This document shows positions 12,037 to 20,560 of a stretch of 57,946 nt of DNA, one piece after another (position 1 is the stretch's first letter; each line of letters opens with the position of its first letter). The notes beneath the pieces are model-generated. The model was not told where the DNA came from and did not search any database. It saw only the letters and a list, made by a program, of their open reading frames with translations. The DNA comes from Candidatus Parcubacteria bacterium (GTDB lineage: Bacteria; Patescibacteriota; Minisyncoccia; Phycocordibacterales; PALSA-1337), in NCBI GenBank assembly GCA_028286835.1, contig JAQBQT010000011.1, forward strand, positions 71,246-129,191, read 5' to 3'. A program made the translations under genes and the position numbers.

Positions 12037-12423
12037 TTATGCTTTTTTAGCGGCTAATATTTTTTCGACTTCGGCCAGCACCTCTGACGGTATGCTCGTG
12101 GCTTTGACGATGTATCCGTCGACATTGAGCTTCTTGGCCCGGGAGATGTCGTCAGGATTTCCCTGATTCGTGAGCATGACCACCTTCGCATTCGGCGCAA
12201 GCTTCTCCTTCCTGACTGCCGACATGAATTCAAGCCCGTCAGGGCCCGGCATGACGATGTCGACCATCATGATGTCCGGTACGAACCCGTCCCGGAGGAC
12301 CTTGAGGCCGGACTCCATCGAGTCGCCCGTCTTGACGTCGTAGCCCGCCTTGGAGAACTTGAGGGCATACATGTCGAGAAGGAATTTGTCATCGTCAACG
12401 AAGAGGGCTTTTTTAGGCTGCAT
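12037..12423 (-). CDS. Single-domain response regulator (receiver)
   Basis: VDDD acidic pocket, DIVMPG phospho-Asp, LTN and KA conserved residues. No output domain. Confidence 0.92.
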   Translation of the reverse strand: MQPKKALFVDDDKFLLDMYALKFSKAGYDVKTGDSMESGLKVLRDGFVPDIMMVDIVMPGPDGLEFMSAVRKEKLAPNAKVVMLTNQGNPDDISRAKKLNVDGYIVKATSIPSEVLAEVEKILAAKKA

Positions 12424-12441
12424 AAGGATAGTGTACCACTT

Positions 12442-14169
12442 TTACAATTTGTTGACTTCCTCGAGGGGGATGATCTTCTGGAAGGCCTTGATGATCGCGT
12501 CCTCTTTGATGGTTATCATGCCCTTCTGGCGCAGGAGCCTGCTCACTTCTGTCTCGGTGGCGCTTCGGAGGACGGCCTCCTCGACTTCCTTGTCCATGGC
12601 GAACATCTCGAACACGGCCATGCGCCCGCGAGTTCCCTTTGGGGCGGACGGGGTCGGCTTGATGCGGTACAGGGTGTCGCCGAACGGGATGTCCTTCTTG
12701 AACTCTTCCGGCAGATCCTCGAATTGCTTGTCGATCATGGCTTTGATGCTGCCTTCGACTTTGACCGCTTCGGCTGCTTCGGGGACGAGCATGCCCACGA
12801 GGCGCTGAGCGATGCCGAGGACCAAAGTCGGGGCGATCAGATACGGATCGACGCCCATATCGATGAGGCGCGGGATGATGCCGGCGGCGTTGTTGGTGTG
12901 CAAGGTAGAGAATACCAGGTGACCTGTAAGGGCGGCTTGGACGGCGAGCTGGGCGGTCTCCTTATCGCGGATCTCACCCACCATGATGATGTCAGGGTCT
13001 TGGCGCAATGTCGTACGGAGGCCGGAGCTGAAGTCATAGCCGATCTCGGGTCGCACCTGGGATTGCGACACGCCTTCGATCTGATATTCCACCGGGTCTT
13101 CGAGGGAAAGCACGTTCTCGGCCTCGCGATCCATCTCGCTCAGGATGGAATAAAGCGTGGTGGATTTTCCGGAGCCTGTCGGACCGGTAACGAGGATCAT
13201 GCCGTATGGACGGTCGATAGCCTTCCTGAGCATCTCGAGGTTGCGCGGCGAAAGCCCGATCTGGTCGATCTTGCGGACGCCTTTGGCCTGGTCGAGAATA
13301 CGCATCACGACCTTCTCGCCGTAGTAGGCCGGGAATGTGGAGACGCGGAAGTCGACGCGGCGGCCGTCGATGCGCGCGGAGAAGCGGCCGTCCTGCGGCT
13401 TGCGGCGCTCGTCGAGGCGCATATTGGAGAGCACTTTGATGCGGGCGACCACGGCCGAATGCACCTGAGGCGGCAATACGAGCGAGGTGTTGAGCGTGCC
13501 ATCGACGCGGAAGCGCACGCGGATCTTGTCGCGCATGTGCTCGATGTGAACGTCGGACGCTTCCCCTTCCACGGCATATCGGACGATAGTGGCCACGATC
13601 TTGATGACCGGGGCATCCTCGATGATGACCGTGTCCTCTTCCTCCTTGCCCTTCGCGGGTTCGCCCGGCTTGCCTCCCTTCTTCACGTCATCGGTCTCTA
13701 CGGAGAGCTCGGTCTCGAGCTCGGAAAGCGCGCGCGTCACTTCGCCCGTGAGGCCTTTGTACATGCCGAGCACCTTGGTGAAGTCGGCGAGAGTGATGAG
13801 GAAGATCTTGTACGGGATGTTCTTCTTCGCGACAAGGAAGTTGAGTGCGTCGCGCGCCTCCATATTGTCAGGATCGACGATGCCGACCTCAAGCGTGCCC
13901 TCCTTGAGGCCGACCGGCACGAAATGATAGTGCTCCGCGGATTCCTGGGGGATGTATTCAAGGGCTTCGAACGGAACGCCCTCCTCGGTGATGGCGCGCA
14001 CGGGGATATTCAAAAATTCGCCGCGAGCTTCGGTGATCTGCTCGGGCTTGAGCCCGCGGGCCACAAGAACCTCCTCAAGATTGACGCCGCTTCCCGTTGC
14101 TTTGCGGATTTCGCGCAGATCGTCTTTGGTGATGAGGTTTTTTTGTAGGAGTATGTCTAGTACGCTCAT
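12442..14169 (-). CDS. pilB: Type IV pilus assembly ATPase (GspE/PilB)
   Basis: ASDVHIE, RRKPQDGR, GPTGSGKSTT, LEDPVE, RQDPDIIMVGEIRD, LTGHLVFSTLHTN. Confidence 0.96.
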   Translation of the reverse strand: MSVLDILLQKNLITKDDLREIRKATGSGVNLEEVLVARGLKPEQITEARGEFLNIPVRAITEEGVPFEALEYIPQESAEHYHFVPVGLKEGTLEVGIVDPDNMEARDALNFLVAKKNIPYKIFLITLADFTKVLGMYKGLTGEVTRALSELETELSVETDDVKKGGKPGEPAKGKEEEDTVIIEDAPVIKIVATIVRYAVEGEASDVHIEHMRDKIRVRFRVDGTLNTSLVLPPQVHSAVVARIKVLSNMRLDERRKPQDGRFSARIDGRRVDFRVSTFPAYYGEKVVMRILDQAKGVRKIDQIGLSPRNLEMLRKAIDRPYGMILVTGPTGSGKSTTLYSILSEMDREAENVLSLEDPVEYQIEGVSQSQVRPEIGYDFSSGLRTTLRQDPDIIMVGEIRDKETAQLAVQAALTGHLVFSTLHTNNAAGIIPRLIDMGVDPYLIAPTLVLGIAQRLVGMLVPEAAEAVKVEGSIKAMIDKQFEDLPEEFKKDIPFGDTLYRIKPTPSAPKGTRGRMAVFEMFAMDKEVEEAVLRSATETEVSRLLRQKGMITIKEDAIIKAFQKIIPLEEVNKL

Positions 14170-14175
14170 AAGGGA

Positions 14176-14514
14176 TTACTTCTTCTGCGTGCTAATGGCG
14201 TTGGGATTGCCGACGCCTGGGATAGGAGCGAACGGATTCGGACGGCCGACGTTCTGCGAAGGTATTTCGACCGTGTAGTCCTTGAGACTGAGATACGTGG
14301 GATTCTGGAAAAGCGAGCTGTCCATGCGGATGCTCTCGATCTGGTTGAGGAGGTTGATCTCTGCAAGGCCGACGTCTCCGCTGCCGTTCGTAGCCGTAAG
14401 CCCGGTGGAGCCGGCCGGAACCGAGCTTCCCTGCGTATAGAAGTAGCCGACCGCAGCCAGCGCCACAACGATGACCACGACTATCAGACCCGTATGTGAT
14501 GTGGATTTTTTCAT
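14176..14514 (-). CDS. PilP-like membrane-anchored protein
   Basis: Single N-terminal TM and GRPNPF motif (cf. PilP RDPF). Position pilM-N-O-[this]-pilB. Confidence 0.55.
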   Translation of the reverse strand: MKKSTSHTGLIVVVIVVALAAVGYFYTQGSSVPAGSTGLTATNGSGDVGLAEINLLNQIESIRMDSSLFQNPTYLSLKDYTVEIPSQNVGRPNPFAPIPGVGNPNAISTQKK

Positions 14515-14520
14515 AGGATG

Positions 14521-15123
14521 TTATTGACGGAGCCAGTATGTCTGGAGCTGGACCTGGAATGTATACGTGCCGAGATCGGTTGCGCCCACCGTGAGATGCG
14601 TGACGTCCATGACGCGCAGGTTCGCTTCGAGATCCTGAAGGAACGCAAGGAACTGCTCGTACGTGGCCGTAGCTGTGAAGGATACGCTCACCGTGTCGAG
14701 AATAGGCGCCGCGAACGAGGAAGCCGTGAGGCGTGTCGGGGCGCCGTCCGCAGAAACCGGAGGGCGGACTGCAACGGAGCCCGCATCCTTGTTCGGACCT
14801 GAGGCGGCGACCGCCTTCACGTCAGGAAGAGTGAATCCATGGCGAATAGCCACATTGTTCATGTCGATGATGAGTCGGATATTATCGACAGTGCTCGGGA
14901 TCATTTTATCGAGACGGTCGCGGTCAGCTTCGGAAATGGCATTGTACTGCTTCAGAACCTCGTCACGGGTAGCGATGAGGCGGTCCGCGCTCGAGAGTGC
15001 GGCCGAGTACTGGTCATTCACAGCCTTGACCGACTTGGCGTCGACGATCATGCCGCTCGTCACTGTGAAGTAGACACCGATGGCGATAACGAGAAGTATG
15101 AAAGCTGTAAGGTTTTTGCTCAT
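14521..15123 (-). CDS. pilO: Type IV pilus alignment protein PilO-like
   Basis: N-terminal TM, coiled coil, LDKMIP, ATYEQFLAFLQDLEANLRVMDV ferredoxin-like core. Confidence 0.8.
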   Translation of the reverse strand: MSKNLTAFILLVIAIGVYFTVTSGMIVDAKSVKAVNDQYSAALSSADRLIATRDEVLKQYNAISEADRDRLDKMIPSTVDNIRLIIDMNNVAIRHGFTLPDVKAVAASGPNKDAGSVAVRPPVSADGAPTRLTASSFAAPILDTVSVSFTATATYEQFLAFLQDLEANLRVMDVTHLTVGATDLGTYTFQVQLQTYWLRQ

Positions 15124-15124
15124 A

Positions 15125-15814
15125 TTATTGATTTGATTGCGTGGCTGGCGGCGTCGATTGCGAAGCTGCGGCCGAAGTCGTAGTGGCCGGCCCGTTCACC
15201 TGGTAGGCGAGGTTCTGCGCATCGATCGAGGCTGTCAGGCTGAATGAGATGCTTCCGTTCTGATTGAAGGTGGGGTTGGACACAATCGGATTCCTGACGA
15301 CATTCTTCAAACCGAAGTCCTCCATCTTGTTGAGGACCTTTGCCTGGAAGGCAACAGTCGTAAGATCCTTTCCGTAACCTGAGAAGGCCACCTGCAGAGG
15401 CCCGCCTATCTGACCTGAAGGCGTTATGAAATCCATTGTCAGGAATCGGACGTTCTCTGCCGTGAGGCTCGATACTATGCCGAAAAGCCTGGACGTGGCG
15501 ATATGAGTATTCAAAAGCTGCTTTGCCAGATTGATCTTGGTGCTCTCGGCCTTGAGCTGGCGTATGAGATCTATATTGAATTGCTGCTCGCGGACGACGA
15601 GATCGCGCTTGTATTGTTCCTGGGCGGACACGAGATACTGCTTCCAGAAGAATGCCCCTGCTATGGACAGGAGCGAGCAGATAAAAATGACCGTCGCCAG
15701 CGTCATGAAGAGATTCCCGCCTCCGCGAGGGCGATGCTGGGTCGGCACAGGTGCGCCTGGAATCGGAGAGACAGGCCTCCTTGGAATGAATGACGTTTGA
15801 AATTTAGTTTCCAT
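15125..15814 (-). CDS. pilN: Type IV pilus alignment protein PilN-like
   Basis: METKFQTSFIP N-terminus, TM, coiled coil, core domain. Lies between pilM and pilO. Confidence 0.7.
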   Translation of the reverse strand: METKFQTSFIPRRPVSPIPGAPVPTQHRPRGGGNLFMTLATVIFICSLLSIAGAFFWKQYLVSAQEQYKRDLVVREQQFNIDLIRQLKAESTKINLAKQLLNTHIATSRLFGIVSSLTAENVRFLTMDFITPSGQIGGPLQVAFSGYGKDLTTVAFQAKVLNKMEDFGLKNVVRNPIVSNPTFNQNGSISFSLTASIDAQNLAYQVNGPATTTSAAASQSTPPATQSNQ

Positions 15815-15884
15815 AATGTGCTTGCCTGTTCATTATAGCAGAGAAGAGCCTCTGCAAGCTGTGTATATCCTCCTACCCCCTTCC

Positions 15885-16985
15885 CTACTCCAACTCTGAC
15901 AAGCGGCGAAGCACGGCACCGATCGCGACCGTGAATTCAGGACCTGCAGTCGCGAACTCCTCCGCCAGGAACGCCGGCGTCTCGAGCTTGCTGAACGGAT
16001 CGGCATACGTGACATCGGCCTGAAAGCTTATCTTGGCCAGATCCGTGAAGCCCTTGAGGAGGACTCCTCCGCCGGTGAGGATGACCTTGCTCACGTTCTT
16101 CTGGTACTTTTTCTGATAGTTGAGGAGGGTCGCGTTCGCTTCATAGAAGATGTAGTCGAGGTTGACCGTGATGATCTCGGTGAGCTCCTTGTATTCAGGG
16201 CCGCCCTTCAGGCCCTTCATGCGCTTCATGTTCTCGGCGTCAGCGACGGAAATGGAAAGGGCCTTGGAAAGCGCGAGAGTAATATCCTGGCTTCCCTTGT
16301 TGATGATGTGCGACGCGCGCAGGACGCCGCGCTCCACTATATATAGCTTCGTCGAGCGGGCGCCCATATCGATGATCATGGCCGTGCCCACTCCCTGCTC
16401 GAGGACTGCGCGGATGGAGCTGAAGATCTCGATCTCATAGAAGCTCGGCTGGAGGCCGCTCGCATTCATGACCGACTGGAATTCATTCAGGTACTCGTTA
16501 TGGATGGCGACAACGAGGACGTCGCGGCCGGCCTTATCGGCCTGGGCCTGATCGGCTTCGTTCTCATATGTCTCTTCTTTAGGGATGACCGAGAAGTCCA
16601 GGAAGACTTCGCTCAATGGAACTGGGATATATTTGCGGGCTTCGAGCGATACGATGTCAGCGAGCTGCTTGTCGGGAACTGGCGGGACGGTTATGAATGT
16701 GATGAGGCTGGACGAGAGCGGGAGCGCAGCGCCGCAGGAAGTGGTGGTGGTCTTGGATTCGCGCAGGAGATCGCGGATCGCCTCCGAGATCTTTTCGGGC
16801 GGCAAGGAAACCGCGCGGCCGATCTCAACGCCGCCATACGGGCCGAGGGCGAGCTCTCCGTAGGTTTCGAGGACCGCCTTGCCGCGCTTCTTTTTGATCT
16901 GGATGACCTTGATGGAGGAAGATCCCACATCAATGCCTAGCACGCTGGACTCTTTTTTGAACAAAGAGGAAAGAAATGAGGCCAT
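15885..16985 (-). CDS. pilM: Type IV pilus assembly protein PilM (actin-like)
   Basis: LGIDVGSSSIK, EARKYIPVP, IIDMGARST, ILTGGG. Start set to ATG 16985 behind an extended -10 (TGCTATACT). Confidence 0.95.
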   Translation of the reverse strand: MASFLSSLFKKESSVLGIDVGSSSIKVIQIKKKRGKAVLETYGELALGPYGGVEIGRAVSLPPEKISEAIRDLLRESKTTTTSCGAALPLSSSLITFITVPPVPDKQLADIVSLEARKYIPVPLSEVFLDFSVIPKEETYENEADQAQADKAGRDVLVVAIHNEYLNEFQSVMNASGLQPSFYEIEIFSSIRAVLEQGVGTAMIIDMGARSTKLYIVERGVLRASHIINKGSQDITLALSKALSISVADAENMKRMKGLKGGPEYKELTEIITVNLDYIFYEANATLLNYQKKYQKNVSKVILTGGGVLLKGFTDLAKISFQADVTYADPFSKLETPAFLAEEFATAGPEFTVAIGAVLRRLSELE

Positions 16986-17033
16986 GAAGCCAGTATAGCA
17001 GATATTCAATGGGAAATTGTATACTTACCGCAC

Positions 17034-17714
17034 ATGCGCCCCTTACGCGCTTTTTTTAATGCCGTACTTGAGGCCCTATTCCCTGTCCCTACCGCGGAAC
17101 GGGAGGTTTTTGCCATGGGCGCAAGCAGCTCGTTCAGAAATTTGCTGCGCGCGCCCAGATGCTCCATCCCAGAAGCCTGTTCGGTGTTCGCGTATGGCGA
17201 TGAGAGGGTTTCCAAGCTCGTCTGGAGCATCAAATATAAAAAATCCCGCGAAGGAGCGGCGATAGCAGGCCATGCACTCCATCAGGTAGCCAGGCTATTC
17301 TCGCGGGCGGTGCCGGAAGGCATGCGCGTCCTCATCGTTCCAATGCCCATAACAAAGGTGCGGCGGCGCCAGCGCGGCTTCAATCAGTGCGAGCTCATCC
17401 TGGACGAGATGCGGCGGCTCGATATAGAGAGACGGCTCTTATATGCGAATGATCTTATTTTGCGAGTGCGCCATACGTCGCGACAGACCACAAAAGATCG
17501 CACCGAACGCCTCGAGGGCGTGAAAGACCTGTTCGCCATGAATGAAACGGCGCTTGCGAAACTGACGGAGCAAAAACTACCATGCGACCGCTCGAGTTAT
17601 TTTGTCGTGATCATCGACGATGTCATCACAACCGGCAGCACGATGCGCGCCGCGATAGAAACGCTTAGGCGCGCAGGGTTCACCTACACATATGGGCTAT
17701 CAGTCGCTCATTAA
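17034..17714 (+). CDS. comF: ComF-family phosphoribosyltransferase-like competence protein
   Basis: LIVPMP, RQRGFNQ, QTTKDRTER, IIDDVITTGST PRT motif. No N-terminal zinc ribbon. Divergent from pilM. Confidence 0.9.
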   Translation: MRPLRAFFNAVLEALFPVPTAEREVFAMGASSSFRNLLRAPRCSIPEACSVFAYGDERVSKLVWSIKYKKSREGAAIAGHALHQVARLFSRAVPEGMRVLIVPMPITKVRRRQRGFNQCELILDEMRRLDIERRLLYANDLILRVRHTSRQTTKDRTERLEGVKDLFAMNETALAKLTEQKLPCDRSSYFVVIIDDVITTGSTMRAAIETLRRAGFTYTYGLSVAH

Positions 17715-18899
17715 AACTTTCACGAACCTCCTCTTGCCTATCTTGAGGACGGTCTCTTCGGACGGTTCGAATTTCGGGTCATCTATCTTCTCTTCCCGGT
17801 CGGTCTTCACGGCGCCGTCGAGGACGAGCCTGCGCCATTCTGTCTTTGATTCTACGACTCCTGCTTTGATGAGGGCGTCCGCGAGGGCTTCGCCTGCAGC
17901 GAGCTCCACTTCCTGGATATCTTCGGGAACCGTCCCTTTGGCGAACGTGGCGATGAATGCGGACTCGGCTGCCTCCGCAGCGGCCTCGCCATGGAAGCGC
18001 TTCACGATGTCATACGCGACGCGAGCCTTGGCTTCGCGCGGGCCGAGCGCCATGAGGTCGTCCTTTTCGGCCAGTGGAATGCGAGTGCAATTCATGAACA
18101 AGGGCTCGATCATCGGATCAGGCAAAGCCATGAGAGAGCCGAACAGCTTGTCAGCAGGCTGGTCGATGAAGACGCCGGTACCGTTCGACTTGGACATAAG
18201 CTGGCCGGTCGCCGGATTGGCCAGAAGATTGAGGGCGATCACGAACTTGTCCTTGTTCTTGAGGCGCTTCATAAGCGTGCGTCCGGCGAGCGCGTTGAAT
18301 ATCTGATCGGTGCCGCAGAGCTCGGCGTCGACATCCATGGCCACGGAATCATATCCCTGCATGAGCGGATAGAAGAACTCGTGGAGATGGATGGGCGTGC
18401 CGGCCTTGATGCGCTTCTCGAAGAGGTCGCGCTCGATGAACTGCTGGACCGTGAAGTTCGAAGCGAGACTTACAAGATCACTGAAGTTGAGCTTGGAAAG
18501 CCACTCAGAATTGTACCGAAGCTGAGCAGGATTCTCGGCCGCCTCGAAATCGATGATGGGCTTGATCTGCCTCACCCAGTCGGCGACATTCTTTTTCACC
18601 GTCTCCGCTGTGAGCTGGGTGCGGGCGGCGGACTTGTCCGGATCCCCGATCATGGCCGTGAAGTCCCCGAAGAGCACGATCACTTCGTGGCCGAGCTGTC
18701 GCAGCTCTTCCAGGAACATGAGATTCTTGGCATGGCCCAGATGGAGCGCAGTCGATGTGGGATCGAAGCCGATGTATATCTTCAGCCTCTTGCCGTTCTC
18801 GAGCGCAGCCACAAGCTCCTCCTTGGACGGAAAAGCCTCGACGACAGTGCCGCGATCAAAAAGCTCCTTAATTCGCTTTAGGTCCGTTATTGTTTTCAT
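17700..18899 (-). CDS. tyrS: Tyrosine--tRNA ligase
   Basis: GFDPTSTALHLGH, GDFTAMIGDP, YPLMQGYD, GTDQ, LMSKS, C-terminal S4 domain ending KIGKRRF. Confidence 0.97.
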   Translation of the reverse strand: MKTITDLKRIKELFDRGTVVEAFPSKEELVAALENGKRLKIYIGFDPTSTALHLGHAKNLMFLEELRQLGHEVIVLFGDFTAMIGDPDKSAARTQLTAETVKKNVADWVRQIKPIIDFEAAENPAQLRYNSEWLSKLNFSDLVSLASNFTVQQFIERDLFEKRIKAGTPIHLHEFFYPLMQGYDSVAMDVDAELCGTDQIFNALAGRTLMKRLKNKDKFVIALNLLANPATGQLMSKSNGTGVFIDQPADKLFGSLMALPDPMIEPLFMNCTRIPLAEKDDLMALGPREAKARVAYDIVKRFHGEAAAEAAESAFIATFAKGTVPEDIQEVELAAGEALADALIKAGVVESKTEWRRLVLDGAVKTDREEKIDDPKFEPSEETVLKIGKRRFVKVLMSD

Positions 18900-19206
18900 T
18901 GCTGGAAGCAGGCGCGGTATGAGACGTAGTGGATGCGGACTTGGAGCCGCTGTAGATCTTCGGCCATTTCTTGACGATGAATATGAGATAGATGAGCTCG
19001 AAGAGGCCGCCTGAGTTTACGATGAGGATGGCTATGAACCAGCCCTTCTCATCCCTCTTCGAAGCGAGCCACAACGCATATCCCTTGAGGACCAATGCGA
19101 TGACAATGAATACGAGGGCAAGCAGGACACCGATAATGCCCAGGAAACCGAAAGCGAAGAGCGGCGACGGGCCCAGCGACATGTAATTTCCCCAGGAATG
19201 CATCAT
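18868..19206 (-). CDS. Small membrane protein, DUF5652-like
   Basis: LKGYALWLASKRDEKGWFIAILIVNSGGLFELIYL matches the recalled DUF5652 pattern. Confidence 0.65.
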   Translation of the reverse strand: MMHSWGNYMSLGPSPLFAFGFLGIIGVLLALVFIVIALVLKGYALWLASKRDEKGWFIAILIVNSGGLFELIYLIFIVKKWPKIYSGSKSASTTSHTAPASSNENNNGPKAN

Positions 19207-19259
19207 GATAGGTGGTTAGTGTTTAGTATAGAACGTCAGTATACCCCAACGCCTATTTT

Positions 19260-19943
19260 CTACAACCGCGCATTTCCCCTGCGGTATTCGTTCATGGTTT
19301 CGTGGGCGAGGCGCGTCGGCTCGGGCAACCGGTGCTTTATGAGGCAGCGCCGCACGATCTCTATGGATTCATCGAGCGTGATGAGGTGCCCCGGGGACAC
19401 GAAGACTGGCTTAACCTTCGACCTTGTGCGCAGCGCAGCGCCGATCACCTCCCCGCTGGCCTTGTCGCGCATGAATGAGACCGAACCAGGCTCGTCGTCA
19501 GGCTCATCATAAACGCCTGTGAGTACGCTCTTTGCGCAGCCAATGGTCGGAATATCCAGGATAAGGCCGAGGTGCGTGGCGATGCCCAGCCTCCTCGGAT
19601 GCGCGATGCCCACACCGTCGACGATGAGCACGTCAGGCTTAGTACGGAGCTTTTTCCACGCCTTCATGAGAAGCGGGATCTCGCGGAACGAAAGCAGGCC
19701 GGGAATATATGGAAACGTGAGCTCGCTTTTGACGACTGCGTGATCGAGCATGTGCAGGCCCGGATAATCCAAGAGGACGAACCCTGCGAATCCCTCGGTC
19801 GCGAACCTGTCCATGCTCACGTCGGCGCCGCCGACGAGGCGCACTGTCTTTTCGAGCGGCGTGAGCTGTATGCCCTTCCGAAGCTCTTTTTGGATCTGAA
19901 CTGCTTCTTTGGGCGTCATATCCCACAGATGATTCATGTTCAT
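19260..19943 (-). CDS. nfi: Endonuclease V (deoxyinosine 3' endonuclease)
   Basis: GGADVS, FPYIPGLLSFRE, VDGVGIAHPRRLGIA, IGCAKS, RLPEPTRLAH. Confidence 0.96.
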   Translation of the reverse strand: MNMNHLWDMTPKEAVQIQKELRKGIQLTPLEKTVRLVGGADVSMDRFATEGFAGFVLLDYPGLHMLDHAVVKSELTFPYIPGLLSFREIPLLMKAWKKLRTKPDVLIVDGVGIAHPRRLGIATHLGLILDIPTIGCAKSVLTGVYDEPDDEPGSVSFMRDKASGEVIGAALRTRSKVKPVFVSPGHLITLDESIEIVRRCLIKHRLPEPTRLAHETMNEYRRGNARL

Positions 19944-19969
19944 GTAGATGATCAGATTATATAGAGGAT

Positions 19970-20011
19970 GCAGATAAGAAAGAAGGCCCGAGACGTGATG
20001 TCTCGGGCCTT
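19970..20011 (-). terminator. Intrinsic terminator of the small ORF
   Basis: Perfect 12-bp stem AAGGCCCGAGAC / GTCTCGGGCCTT followed on the minus strand by CTTTCTT. Confidence 0.8.
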
Positions 20012-20043
20012 ACAAAGGATCCTGCTATCAGGACACGGTGCAA

Positions 20044-20217
20044 TTAAGCGCCGCACACAGCTTCATCCTGAACTCCGATCAGGGGTCGCATCCCGTCGTC
20101 TTCGGCTCGTAAGAGCGCGATAAAGCTGAAAAATCTTTCAGTGACGGGTGAATCCTGTTCGTTGTTGTCCGGGACTGGCTGCACTTCATTTTCATCAATT
20201 TTAGTTGACGTGTTCAT
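20044..20217 (-). CDS. Small acidic hypothetical protein (57 aa), not in the ORF track
   Basis: MNTSTKIDENEVQPVPDNNEQDSPVTERFFSFIALLRAEDDGMRPLIGVQDEAVCGA. AAAGGAAG before the ATG, an upstream sigma70 promoter and a downstream terminator. Confidence 0.55.
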   Translation of the reverse strand: MNTSTKIDENEVQPVPDNNEQDSPVTERFFSFIALLRAEDDGMRPLIGVQDEAVCGA

Positions 20218-20307
20218 GAGTGCTTCCTTTGTTTGTTATGCCACAGCTTTTGGAAGAGCCCTGGCGTTGTTTTCAAAATTGAAGCTGAACAGAAGCTGGC
20301 TATATAC

Positions 20308-20336
20308 AGCATATGCCCGAAAATAAAGAGCGTCAA
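20308..20336 (-). promoter_or_regulatory. Sigma70-type promoter
   Basis: TTGACG-N17-TATGCT on the minus strand. Confidence 0.6.
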
Positions 20337-20372
20337 TAAGTGAGCGCCAGAAACTGTTGATAGCGAAAAGTG

Positions 20373-20459
20373 CGGAGACGGTGGGATTCGAACCCACGAG
20401 GCCCTTTCGAGCCTAACACCTTAGCACGGTGCCGCTTTCGACCGCTCAGCCACGTCTCC
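20373..20459 (-). tRNA. tRNA-Ser(GCU), CCA not encoded
   Basis: Acceptor GGAGACG/CGTCTCC, G73, D-arm GCTGAGCGGTCGAAAGC, anticodon arm GCACC-GTGCTAA-GGTGT, long variable arm, T-arm GTGGG-TTCGAAT-CCCAC. Confidence 0.93.
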
Positions 20460-20560
20460 ATGTTGCGTTTGAGCCTCTGGTCGTGCCTGGCCATTCTGGC
20501 ATAATTGGCCCGTTTTTACAAAAAAGTGTACAGTCCCTGTAAAGGAATACCCCGACCACC

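Noticed and set aside
12724-14148. Long opposite-strand ORFs (also 1460..2473, 17991..18881, 45412..46668, 51038..52294, 56128..57120)
   Set aside because: They are antisense shadows of well-identified genes, expected from high GC at third codon positions, and carry no motifs.
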